Below are positions 1 to 9,748 of a DNA stretch of 64,000 nucleotides, piece by piece. The stretch comes from a bacterium (GTDB lineage: Bacteria > Zhuqueibacterota > Zhuqueibacteria > Residuimicrobiales > Krinioviventaceae), in contig CAXXMD010000003.1 of the NCBI GenBank assembly GCA_963675755.2, forward strand, positions 224,001-288,000, read 5' to 3'. The notes beneath the pieces are model-generated. The model worked only from the letters and a program-made list of their open reading frames with translations, did not search any database and was not told the DNA's origin. Position 1 is the first letter of the stretch. The number at the start of each line of letters is the position of its first letter. A program made the position numbers and the translations under genes.

Positions 1-2109
1 CAGGTTTATGTTTGGGCAGTTGTTGATGATCAAATCGTAAAAAGAGATACAATCACATTTGTTACTGGCAGCCCTGCAATCATAAGCACTATTGGCTCGG
101 GTCAGTTTGCAGTAGCTGGCAAAACCCTAACCAATACAGTAGGTGTATGGGTACAGGATGAATACAATCATCCTATTCCCGGTGTTAACACTACATTTAC
201 AGTTGTTGACGGTGGCGGATCCGTTACAGAAAGCCAACCCATAACCACAAACAGCGAAGGTAAAGCTCTGGTACATTGGCAATTGGGATCAGCAATTGGA
301 TTACAACATCTGAATGCTGCAGTTGATGGTGTTGCAGAAACATATGAAATCACTGCAATTGCAACAGCACCCACTTTGGCAAATATTACCAAAGTTGCCG
401 GTGATTCGGCAATTGGGCTTGTAAATCAGGAATACCAGTTCACCACAGCGGTTATCGATACAAATGACAACCCTATTGTAAATTACAATGTCAGTTTCGA
501 ACTGTTGCTGGGAACCGGCGAAGGCCAGGGCAATTTTACAACCGCAACTACAGTTGCCACAAATAATGAAGGTAAAGCAACCGTAACCTTTGAATCTGGC
601 ACATTGATAGGTCTGCATAAAATTAAAGCCACAGCAACCGATTATGGACATGTTGTTTTTGATTTTATTGTAGAAGAACAACGATCTATTACCATGGAAA
701 AGCTGGAAGGTGACGGTAACACGGTAAGACCAAACACGGATATCGATCTTTCAGTTAAAATCACAAACGCTTTTAATCAGCCTGTTTCGGATGAAAGCAT
801 AAAATTTCAGGTTGTTGAAGGCTTGGGAGTACTCAAAGATATCCAGCCTGTTGCCACCAGTGATAAAGGTATTGCATATTCTACCTGGAGCGTTTCTACA
901 TTGGCCGGCACCCATAAAGTCAAGGTAACACCGGTTAATGCAGTTGGTGATTCCGTTAATTTCACCGCAATTGTTGTCAATGCTGCACCTGTACTCATGG
1001 ATATGCCTGCAACAGTGAATATCAACTGGGGTGAGATCTATGATATCACAATTACAGCTGAAGATCCTGATGAAGACAATGTTCATTTTGGTATAAGAGG
1101 TTTACCGCTCAACGCTGAATTTGATTCTACCGGAACCCAAAAGTTCACCTGGGAGCCCAGCGCAGCACAGGAAGGCGAACACGAGGTTACTTTTATTGCT
1201 GCTGATCCTTACGGTTTATCAGACAGCACCAAAGTCACTTTTAATATTATGGTTGAGAACCGTTGTCCGATTATCAGCAGTTTTGAACCGGCTGATACAA
1301 CCCGCTTTGATGTCGAACAGGATGACAACAGAATCGTCTTTAAAGTTTCAGCAATGGACCCGGATTATGATGTACTGACTTTTGAATGGCGAGTAAACGA
1401 TGTTTACAATGGTTCAGATACAACATTGACAGTTCCATTCAGCAAAGATTTCTTCCCCAGTCCGAACAATACGGTTCAGGTTTTGATTTCAGACGGATCG
1501 TGTCAAAAATCCATTACCTGGAAAGTGGTTTTAACCGCTATTGAACTCAACACATTTGAGGCAATTTCTCAAAAAGGCGGCATAGAACTGTTCTGGGAAA
1601 CTTCATCAGAAACACAAAATGCAGGTTTTTATATAATTCGCAGTACAATGGAGCAAGGTACCTATGAACGTATCAATACTGAAATCATCAGTCCATCTTT
1701 GAATGGTGAATACAGTTATGTGGATACAGAGGCAAAAGCAGGTATCACCTATTATTATAAATTGCAGGATATTGATATCTATGGTTCTTTGAACGAACAC
1801 GGACCGGTTACAGCCAAAGCGGCACTTCCGGATAAATTTGCACTTTCACAAAACTATCCAAATCCGTTCAACCCAAGCACCACTATCAGTTTTGAGCTGC
1901 CTGAACCAGCTGATGTCAAAATTGTGATTTTTAACACCAATGGTCAATTGGTAAAAACTCTGGTAGATTCTCGTCTTGAACCGGGCTATCATAACATTCT
2001 CTGGAATGCTAAAAATGACCAGGGAATCTCATTACCGTCTGGTATCTATTTTTACAAGATGCAGGCAAAAGATTTTACACTGGCCAAAAAACTTTTATTA
2101 TTGAAATAA
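1..2109 (+). CDS. Large Ig-like (Big_1/cadherin-like) repeat protein with T9SS type A C-terminal sorting domain; 5' end outside window
   Basis: Frame is open from base 1 (QVYVWAVVDD...). Repeated Big_1-like units (TNSEGKA, TNNEGKA, SDKGIA), NAAP/NRCP...DPD cadherin-like units, and C-terminal LSQNYPNPFNPSTTISF...SGIYFYKM...KKLLLLK. Confidence 0.9.
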   Translation, partial: QVYVWAVVDDQIVKRDTITFVTGSPAIISTIGSGQFAVAGKTLTNTVGVWVQDEYNHPIPGVNTTFTVVDGGGSVTESQPITTNSEGKALVHWQLGSAIGLQHLNAAVDGVAETYEITAIATAPTLANITKVAGDSAIGLVNQEYQFTTAVIDTNDNPIVNYNVSFELLLGTGEGQGNFTTATTVATNNEGKATVTFESGTLIGLHKIKATATDYGHVVFDFIVEEQRSITMEKLEGDGNTVRPNTDIDLSVKITNAFNQPVSDESIKFQVVEGLGVLKDIQPVATSDKGIAYSTWSVSTLAGTHKVKVTPVNAVGDSVNFTAIVVNAAPVLMDMPATVNINWGEIYDITITAEDPDEDNVHFGIRGLPLNAEFDSTGTQKFTWEPSAAQEGEHEVTFIAADPYGLSDSTKVTFNIMVENRCPIISSFEPADTTRFDVEQDDNRIVFKVSAMDPDYDVLTFEWRVNDVYNGSDTTLTVPFSKDFFPSPNNTVQVLISDGSCQKSITWKVVLTAIELNTFEAISQKGGIELFWETSSETQNAGFYIIRSTMEQGTYERINTEIISPSLNGEYSYVDTEAKAGITYYYKLQDIDIYGSLNEHGPVTAKAALPDKFALSQNYPNPFNPSTTISFELPEPADVKIVIFNTNGQLVKTLVDSRLEPGYHNILWNAKNDQGISLPSGIYFYKMQAKDFTLAKKLLLLK

Positions 2110-2118
2110 ATATCGTAC

Positions 2119-2155
2119 ATTTAACCCGGCAATCGTAAAAATTGCCGGGTTAAAT
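2119..2155 (+). terminator. Hairpin downstream of the T9SS cargo gene, probable terminator
   Basis: 15-bp perfect inverted repeat ATTTAACCCGGCAAT / ATTGCCGGGTTAAAT just after the stop codon; weak U-tract. Confidence 0.65.
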
Positions 2156-2182
2156 ATTCCTCCAAACAAAATAAGACAGCGT

Positions 2183-3049
2183 ATGAAATATATCATTCTG
2201 GCAATGCGCCCAAAACAATGGATAAAGAATATTCTTGTCTTTGCAGGCGTCATCTTTGCTGAAGATCTTTTCAACCTTCAATTAATTCAGGATTCGATTT
2301 TTGCATTTATCATTTTTTGTATGATCTCCAGCAGTACATACTTGATAAATGACATTGTAGACAGAAAAAAAGATGCAATGCACCCCAAGAAAAAGAACCG
2401 CCCCATTGCATCGGGTAAAGTTTCTGTTCAACTCGCACTCATCCTGGCAATTGTACTTATCATAACCAGCCAGTTTTTTGCTTATCGTTTGCAATTGTCT
2501 TTTGGTATTATTATCTCACTCTATTTTATTACCACACTGCTCTACTCGATGCTGCTCAAGCGCATCATCATTCTGGATGTAATGATCATTGCTTCGGGTT
2601 TTATTTTCAGAGCGGTTGGCGGTACATTTGCAATCAACGAGCATGTATCATCCTGGTTGATCATATGCACCATGTTTCTTGCCCTGTTTTTTGCACTCAA
2701 TAAACGTCGTGCTGAACTGATCTCACTTGGCGACAATGCGGGTACAGTACGTAAAACATTATCCGGTTATAGTTTAACATTTCTCGATCAGATGATAAAT
2801 GTAGTCACAGCTACTTGTCTGGTCACATACGCATTGTACACGTTGGATGCTGAAACGGTTGAAAAATTTGGTTCACGCAATCTTGTATTCACATTACCAT
2901 TTGTTATATATGGTTTATTTAGATATCTATATCTGGCCTATCATTTAAATCTGGGTGAAACACCGGAAACCACACTGGTTCGGGATAAACCCATATTGAT
3001 TTGTCTGGCAATGTATGCTATATCAATTATAGTTATTATTTACTTGTAA
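2183..3049 (+). CDS. UbiA-family prenyltransferase, decaprenyl-phosphate phosphoribosyltransferase type
   Basis: MRPKQWIKN, YLINDIVDRKKDAMHPKKKNRPIASG and KRRAEL motifs; multiple hydrophobic segments. Confidence 0.88.
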   Translation: MKYIILAMRPKQWIKNILVFAGVIFAEDLFNLQLIQDSIFAFIIFCMISSSTYLINDIVDRKKDAMHPKKKNRPIASGKVSVQLALILAIVLIITSQFFAYRLQLSFGIIISLYFITTLLYSMLLKRIIILDVMIIASGFIFRAVGGTFAINEHVSSWLIICTMFLALFFALNKRRAELISLGDNAGTVRKTLSGYSLTFLDQMINVVTATCLVTYALYTLDAETVEKFGSRNLVFTLPFVIYGLFRYLYLAYHLNLGETPETTLVRDKPILICLAMYAISIIVIIYL

Positions 3050-3073
3050 GCATTATAATATTAAGGGAGTACT

Positions 3074-4111
3074 ATGAAAGTATTAGTAACTGGTGGAAGC
3101 GGATTTTTAGGCATCAACATGATTCGGTATCTGATGTCTAAAGGGATCACCGATATTGTATCTCTGGATATTGTAGATTTTGATTATCCTGAAAAAAATC
3201 AAATCACAGAGATTAAAGGTGATATTCGAGATGAAGAAGCTGTGAAAAAAGCAATGCAGGGTGTTAACTGGGTTATACATACAGCTGCGGCATTACCTCT
3301 CTATACTGAACAAGAGATCATGACCATCGATGTGGATGGTACACGTATGCTACTGAAACATGCCCAGGAAAACAATGTAGAACGTTTTGTTCATACCTCT
3401 TCAACTGCGGTTTACGGTATTCCTGATCACCATCCCCTTTACGAAGACGATAAACTGGATGGCGTTGGCCCTTATGGTATTGCAAAAATTGAAGCAGAAA
3501 AAGTTTGTCTGGAATACCGTGAAAAAGGCATGTGTGTTCCCATCATTCGTCCCAAATCATTTATAGGACCGGAAAGATTGGGTGTTTTCGCTATCTTTTA
3601 TGAATGGGCAAGAGATGGCAAAAATTTCCCCATGATCGGAAATGGCAAAAACCGTTACCAGCTATTGGATGTTGAAGACCTCTGTACTTCAATCTATTTA
3701 TGCCTCACGCTTGATAAAGATACCGTTAACGATACATTCAATATTGGCGCCAAAGAATTCACAACCATGAAAGAAGACTATCAGGCTGTTTTAGATAAAG
3801 CAGGATTTGGTAAAAAAATCATTCCTTTCCCTGATGGCCCGGTTATCTTTATGCTAAGAGTACTTGAAGCATTAAAACTATCACCTCTTTACAAGTGGAT
3901 ATACGAAACAGCATCCAAAGATTCTTTTGTTTCTGTAGAAAAAGCAGAAAAAACACTGGGTTTTGTATCGCAATACTCTAACAAAGATGCCCTGCTCCGC
4001 AATTACCAGTGGTATCTAGATAAATACGATCCAAACCTGAAAATTACTGGTGTTTCTCACCGGGTACCATGGAAACAGGGAATTCTCAAGGTGGCAAAAG
4101 CATTTTTCTAA
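3074..4111 (+). CDS. NAD-dependent epimerase/dehydratase (extended SDR)
   Basis: VTGGSGFLG Rossmann motif, TSSTAVYG and YGIAK catalytic motif. Confidence 0.9.
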   Translation: MKVLVTGGSGFLGINMIRYLMSKGITDIVSLDIVDFDYPEKNQITEIKGDIRDEEAVKKAMQGVNWVIHTAAALPLYTEQEIMTIDVDGTRMLLKHAQENNVERFVHTSSTAVYGIPDHHPLYEDDKLDGVGPYGIAKIEAEKVCLEYREKGMCVPIIRPKSFIGPERLGVFAIFYEWARDGKNFPMIGNGKNRYQLLDVEDLCTSIYLCLTLDKDTVNDTFNIGAKEFTTMKEDYQAVLDKAGFGKKIIPFPDGPVIFMLRVLEALKLSPLYKWIYETASKDSFVSVEKAEKTLGFVSQYSNKDALLRNYQWYLDKYDPNLKITGVSHRVPWKQGILKVAKAFF

Positions 4112-4131
4112 TATCAATTTTATAAAAATTC

Positions 4132-4172
4132 AATGCCCCAATACATATATGGAACTGTATTGGGGTATTTTT
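4132..4172 (+). terminator. Rho-independent terminator
   Basis: AATGCCCCAATACA / TGTATTGGGGTATT stem followed by a T-run, just after the epimerase stop. Confidence 0.6.
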
Positions 4173-4289
4173 GTTAAATACAGATATAAAACCTGAATTT
4201 AAACAAAATTAACAGGATTATTATCTTGCCTGATCGATGTTTATTTTGTAAGTTGCGGTATAATTTTTGTCAACGGAGTTATTAATATT

Positions 4290-6518
4290 ATGCGCAAATA
4301 CTATATAATCCTCGGACTATTGGTACTTTTTTCTGCTTGTACAAGTTATCGCAGGACTAACGAGGAAAAAGTACGTAAAAAGCTGGAATATTCCGTTGCA
4401 CAATATAATAAAATGGCTTTGGCTAAAGCTGACAGCCAAAGATATGATCTAGCCATAGATATTCTACGAGAAGCACTCTATCTGACTCCCTGGGATCCCG
4501 AGCTTTATCTCAACCTCGGTTCCATGTTCTATTATAACGATCAGCTCGATTCGGCAGAATTTATGTTCAAACGGGCCACATTGATGCGACCATCTTTTGC
4601 AATGGCTTATACCAACCTGTCCAAGGTATATATAAAACAAAAAAAATATAAACAAGCGCTGGATGCGGTTGATAATGCAATTGAACAGGATTCTGAATTT
4701 TCAGAAGCCTGGTTAACAAAATCAGAGATCTATTTGGAGAATAACCTCATTGATGATGCCGTAACATTACTTCAGGAGCAAACTGAAAAAGAACCAGACA
4801 TTTCAGAATACCATTCACAATTGGGGTACATTTATCAAAAAACCGGGTTAATTGATGATGCTATAAACGAGTATCTGTATGCATTAAATATAGATCCGGG
4901 TGCTTCATCCATTTATTTCAATCTGGGCAATGCTTTTTTTCAACAATGCCGCTTGGGAGACGCACAATCCGCATTTCTCAAAGCTATTGAATTAGACACC
5001 ACCTTGGAAACGACATATAACAATTACAGTCTGGTATTGATCAATATGGAACAATACCGGGATGCCATAAGAACGTTGTACAAAGCGTTGGAGAAAAATC
5101 CCAAATCCTCTGTTGTATTCTTTAATCTTTCCATTGCGATGGACCGTGTAAAAAACTATGACAAAGCATTGGAATATATCAACAAGGCCATTGACAGGGA
5201 CAGTTCACGAATTGTCTTTTATGTTCACAAAGGCAACATGTTAAAGAAAACCAACAAGCTTGAAGAGGCATTAATAGAATATGAAAACGCTTTAAATATT
5301 GACAGCAATTCTACTACTGCCTATAATAATCTGGGCAACACCCTGATGTTGTTGGGAAGAATTGACGAGGCAAATCTGGCATACCAGAAATCCATAGAAT
5401 TATATACAGAGCCGCCTAGTCAACCAAACACGTCATCTCTTGATAACATTGACAAAGGGATAACCATGGTAGTTGGCTGGTGCAGTGATCCCTATCGCAT
5501 TTATCAGGAATATGCCATGCTTTACAATAACCTGGGTAAAGCAAGAATCTTTTCAGGGCAAATATCTCAGGCCAAACAAGCCTTTAAAATTGCAATTAAT
5601 TATAATCCGGATTTTGTAGAGGCATATCAAAATCTTGCCGCGGTCTATTTTCAATTGGACCAGACAGCACTTGGTAAAGATGCATTATCCATGTCGCGCA
5701 TAAAAGCAGGTGACCTCTGGTACGATCAGCAGCTATACCAGGCTGCCCGCGAACAATATCTGGATGCACAAAAGATTGATCCAACTCTACCCCTGGCTCT
5801 TGCCAAAATGGCGTTATTAAACAAGCGACTGGGACAGGATATCTCTGCAATTCAATACAAAAATGCTAAAAAAGCGATTTACGAAGATACAGATATGTAT
5901 ATTACGCTTGCAGAATACTGCCAGCTTGATGAAAATCCAGAAGATGCATTGCAATATTATAAAAAAGCAATTGAACTGTCACCAGCATCTTTAACCGCTC
6001 TAAGTAAAGCAGCAGATTTTTGTGAAACCCATTATCCTGAATTGGCAAGACAATACAAAGCAGATGTACATTTTCTCAAGGGCAAGGCACTAAACTTTGC
6101 CAATCTTGAGGATGCCGCTGTTGAACAGTATAAACAGGCAGTTGCGTTAGATTCTACGCACATCAAATCGTCACTAGCTTTGGCAGTCCTTTATATGAAA
6201 AAGAACCATATGGAGCGAGCCAAGGCCCAATACAACCGGGTATTAAGTATTGATCCTGAAAATTCCAAAGCAATGCTGGGACTGGGAACATTATATGGCA
6301 ACCAACAGCAATTTGACAAAGCAATTGCCTATCTTCAGCAAACGATTATACAAGACTCTACAAATGCTCAGGCCCATTATACACTGGGTGTGAATTACTA
6401 TTTTCTGAATGATCTTGATAACGCCCTCAAATACACGCAAAAAGCTGAGGAGCTGGGTATAGAAATCAATAATGAATTTTTGCAGAAACTCTTGGATGAT
6501 AAAGAAACAAAAAGGTAA
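4290..6518 (+). CDS. Tetratricopeptide repeat lipoprotein
   Basis: Lipobox FSAC; many TPR units (YLNLG, YFNLGNA, YNNLGN, YNNLGK, HYTLG). Confidence 0.88.
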   Translation: MRKYYIILGLLVLFSACTSYRRTNEEKVRKKLEYSVAQYNKMALAKADSQRYDLAIDILREALYLTPWDPELYLNLGSMFYYNDQLDSAEFMFKRATLMRPSFAMAYTNLSKVYIKQKKYKQALDAVDNAIEQDSEFSEAWLTKSEIYLENNLIDDAVTLLQEQTEKEPDISEYHSQLGYIYQKTGLIDDAINEYLYALNIDPGASSIYFNLGNAFFQQCRLGDAQSAFLKAIELDTTLETTYNNYSLVLINMEQYRDAIRTLYKALEKNPKSSVVFFNLSIAMDRVKNYDKALEYINKAIDRDSSRIVFYVHKGNMLKKTNKLEEALIEYENALNIDSNSTTAYNNLGNTLMLLGRIDEANLAYQKSIELYTEPPSQPNTSSLDNIDKGITMVVGWCSDPYRIYQEYAMLYNNLGKARIFSGQISQAKQAFKIAINYNPDFVEAYQNLAAVYFQLDQTALGKDALSMSRIKAGDLWYDQQLYQAAREQYLDAQKIDPTLPLALAKMALLNKRLGQDISAIQYKNAKKAIYEDTDMYITLAEYCQLDENPEDALQYYKKAIELSPASLTALSKAADFCETHYPELARQYKADVHFLKGKALNFANLEDAAVEQYKQAVALDSTHIKSSLALAVLYMKKNHMERAKAQYNRVLSIDPENSKAMLGLGTLYGNQQQFDKAIAYLQQTIIQDSTNAQAHYTLGVNYYFLNDLDNALKYTQKAEELGIEINNEFLQKLLDDKETKR

Positions 6519-8755
6519 TGAATTCAATGAAACGTTATTTAATATATCTACTAGCTATTCCACTCCTGATTATTAATTGTGGTCCGGGAGAGCAGCCCAT
6601 AACACTCATCAGTCCAAGCCAGATTTGCACTATTGTACTTGATCTGGGGAATTATGATGATGTCGTAAAAGCAAGTCAGGCTACAGATCAAAAAAATATC
6701 ACCCTTGACAGTCTTGACCAGGCTATTGCTATACACGCTTATGCTGCTCGTGAACTACAACACTATCTGGCTAAAATGCTGGAGTTGAGTACGCACGAGA
6801 TCCCCATTGTTGACGATAATAATATACCGGATGGCCCTATTATTTTTATTGGCTCCCCCCGTTCCGGAGGCAAACGCGAAGCAGTATACAAAAAATTGAG
6901 AAAACGCTGGAAAAAAACAAAATCCAAATCTCTGCAATGTTTTCGTCAGGATACTTTTTGGTTCAAGGAATCGCAAGACTTTTTGGTATTGAGTGGACGT
7001 ACCCCAACCGCGGTTCTCTATTCAGTATATGATTTTCTGGACAGGTTGGGTGTTCGCTGGATTTCCCCACAAGCCAGTGGTGAGATTGTGCCTAAACAGG
7101 GTGGCCTGGTCCTTCAACCCATTGCCAGATATTTTACACCGCAAATGAGACTACGTGGTTTTCTATATGATTATTTGGGAGAGATCCCAGCCTCGCAGCA
7201 ACTCACACCCGAATTTTTAACCTGGATGGGCAGAAACAGATTAAACCTGGCTAAATACAGTGACTCTACCAGGTATCTGTACAACAAACTGGGGATCAAA
7301 ACCACCAATGGCGATACCGAGCTCCTGAAAATGGCACTAAATCCGGATGCACCCTATCCTTACAAGCATAAAAATTTTGAGAATCCGGGAACATCAGAAC
7401 CGGATCCATACCCATTATCATCACAATTTGCTGGAGATCGGAATAACGATAATAACCTGTCTTATTTTGAAGCGCACCCGGAATGGTACCTGGTATCTTC
7501 CAAAGAACCAGTATTGTGCGTTTCTCAAAACACATTCATGTCAGAAATATTAAAACAAATTCAAAACCGTCTTGCAAACCAATGGAAAAACATTGATTAT
7601 ATAGAATTGTATAATATTAATCAATTGCCGTGGTGCTCTTGCAACGAATGCAGCAACCTGGGTAACGATACCAATAAATGGTTATACATGCTGCAAATTG
7701 TAAACACAGAAATCCAAAAATCAGCATACCCGAAAAAAATCATCGGACTGAATGACAAATATACAGTATCCCCCCCTGACCAGGAATTGCACGGCTTTGA
7801 TTATGATAACATCCAGGTATTCATCAGTCCTCACCATCGGTGTTACAACCACACTCTTTACGATGAAAAATGCAAAGTAAACTATAATATTGTGGAAATG
7901 TTACATAGCTGGCAAAACCAAAACAGCAATTTTGAAAACAGTATAAATGTTTGCGAATTGTATAATAACAGAGATTTTCAAAATCTGCCTTTATTATTTA
8001 CAACCGCCATGAACCTTGATATGCCCTTGTATCATGAACTCGGGATTAAAGGTATGGCCACTGAAAATCCATGGGTAACAAATGGTGGTGCTAATAATTT
8101 CATGAACTATCAATTGGCGCGACAAACCTGGCGTCAGCATGTGGATCTCGACTCTTTAAAAATAGAGTATATTGTTAACCAGTATCCTGGTGCATATCAG
8201 TTGATGCAAGAATATTACAATAAAATTGAAGAAGCCATGGCAAATATTGCCGCATGGAAATGGGACCTAGCAGATCAGGTTAACCGGGTTATTCTGGATT
8301 CTACCGCCCAGACGCTCTTACCCCTTGAAAATTTTGCAGATCATTTCACGCTCGATGAAACAACTTCCAATCCTCAAACAGGAACAAATTGGGAACGGAC
8401 ATATCAATTGATTTACGAGGTGCAATATATTCTGTACGAAGCACTGACAGGAGATATACCGCCACAAACCCAAAAGAGATTACTGGAATTGAATCAACAA
8501 AAGAAATATTCAGAATTAATGGTCAACCTGTACGACAATGTGATACGTTCGATGACCCTGGGACAAGATGAACCTGAAATGAAAATTGAATCTCTGATTC
8601 GTTTGGAAGAAATTGAGAACGAATTAAAAGATTTTACCATTACAGAGCCGGCCTTTGGTATAAAAAACGGACTTGAATCGTCTGGCATCCAAAAAGCAGT
8701 GAACCAACTGGTAATGGATAATCAGTCTGTAATCAATAAATACAAAACTCCATAG
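6518..8755 (+). CDS. DUF4838-like secreted/lipoprotein with glycoside hydrolase 20/67-like N-terminal domain
   Basis: AARELQHYL, YSVYDFLDRLGVRW, WMGRNRLN, YFEAHPEWY and WCSCNEC patterns; possible lipobox IINC. Confidence 0.65.
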   Translation: MNSMKRYLIYLLAIPLLIINCGPGEQPITLISPSQICTIVLDLGNYDDVVKASQATDQKNITLDSLDQAIAIHAYAARELQHYLAKMLELSTHEIPIVDDNNIPDGPIIFIGSPRSGGKREAVYKKLRKRWKKTKSKSLQCFRQDTFWFKESQDFLVLSGRTPTAVLYSVYDFLDRLGVRWISPQASGEIVPKQGGLVLQPIARYFTPQMRLRGFLYDYLGEIPASQQLTPEFLTWMGRNRLNLAKYSDSTRYLYNKLGIKTTNGDTELLKMALNPDAPYPYKHKNFENPGTSEPDPYPLSSQFAGDRNNDNNLSYFEAHPEWYLVSSKEPVLCVSQNTFMSEILKQIQNRLANQWKNIDYIELYNINQLPWCSCNECSNLGNDTNKWLYMLQIVNTEIQKSAYPKKIIGLNDKYTVSPPDQELHGFDYDNIQVFISPHHRCYNHTLYDEKCKVNYNIVEMLHSWQNQNSNFENSINVCELYNNRDFQNLPLLFTTAMNLDMPLYHELGIKGMATENPWVTNGGANNFMNYQLARQTWRQHVDLDSLKIEYIVNQYPGAYQLMQEYYNKIEEAMANIAAWKWDLADQVNRVILDSTAQTLLPLENFADHFTLDETTSNPQTGTNWERTYQLIYEVQYILYEALTGDIPPQTQKRLLELNQQKKYSELMVNLYDNVIRSMTLGQDEPEMKIESLIRLEEIENELKDFTITEPAFGIKNGLESSGIQKAVNQLVMDNQSVINKYKTP

Positions 8756-8816
8756 TTCCTTGTAAACGCATTCAAGGATCCGTTCGTCTAAATATTGATA
8801 ACCAAATTCAAGGACT

Positions 8817-9737
8817 ATGAAACAGCTATATACACATATATTCATTCTGGCACTGGTGCTGACATCATGCACCTTTGCCCCAATATTCGTTTATGAATGG
8901 GGCCCGGATGAGACTTATAACTTGCCCGGTTCATATAATCAGCTCAACACGGTTTTAACCGATTCTTCCGGCAGACAATGGACACTCTATGCCTCTAACG
9001 CATATGGCTTTTGGGAATTCTGGATGGCCTGGGCTGACAAAGACGGTGACTGGTCAAGACCGGTTTATTCGGGTATTCCTTCCAATCCCAATTATTATTA
9101 TGAATGGGATATCATAGAGCCCAACAAGTTTAATATTAAGCGCACATGGAATGGTGGCAGAGAAACGTTTTACCAGAGGATGATGTACGATCCCAAAGTA
9201 AAAGACTATACAATAAACAAATCTGATATTTATTATGATACCGATGCCGATGGTTTGACCGATTATTCCGAATACGTCTTGCTAACCGACCCTCTTGATA
9301 ATGATACAGATGGCGACGGAAAAGCTGATGGTTTTGATTCAAATCCGCTTGCAGGCCCCCCTGACGATTCTTTGTCAGAACATGCAAAATTGCACAAATA
9401 TATTATTGAAAGACAATTATATCTGTTTGACACCAAACGTCTGGTTATTGTTGAACAATTTGAAAACACTCCCATGGAATACAAACGCCGGGATGGCCTT
9501 GTGCTGAGTCTATCGTCAGATGAATGCGACAGTTATCTGGACAATTTTGGCTATGGAACTCCCATCATGACAGCATCAATCAAGGATACGCTTAGCTATT
9601 ACCTTGTTAATTACCAGCTATACATAGATCCGGATACAGCATTTGGTTTTGATGCTCTGTATCGGTGGAGCGATAAATACAAACAATTTGTTCGCAAAAA
9701 GACCCTTTACAACTGGGAATCCGTACCGAGACGTTAA
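8817..9737 (+). CDS. Hypothetical lipoprotein with DxDxDG calcium-binding repeats
   Basis: Lipobox LTSC; DTDADGLTDYSE...TDPLDNDTDGDGKADG. Confidence 0.7.
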   Translation: MKQLYTHIFILALVLTSCTFAPIFVYEWGPDETYNLPGSYNQLNTVLTDSSGRQWTLYASNAYGFWEFWMAWADKDGDWSRPVYSGIPSNPNYYYEWDIIEPNKFNIKRTWNGGRETFYQRMMYDPKVKDYTINKSDIYYDTDADGLTDYSEYVLLTDPLDNDTDGDGKADGFDSNPLAGPPDDSLSEHAKLHKYIIERQLYLFDTKRLVIVEQFENTPMEYKRRDGLVLSLSSDECDSYLDNFGYGTPIMTASIKDTLSYYLVNYQLYIDPDTAFGFDALYRWSDKYKQFVRKKTLYNWESVPRR

Positions 9738-9748
9738 GTTTCCCCGTT

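Noticed and set aside
2183-3049. UbiA as DGGGP synthase (archaeal-type ether lipids together with the mevalonate operon)
   Set aside because: Motifs (RPKQWIKN, HPKKKNRPIASG, KRRAEL) fit the phosphoribosyltransferase subtype, and no GGGP synthase is in the window.
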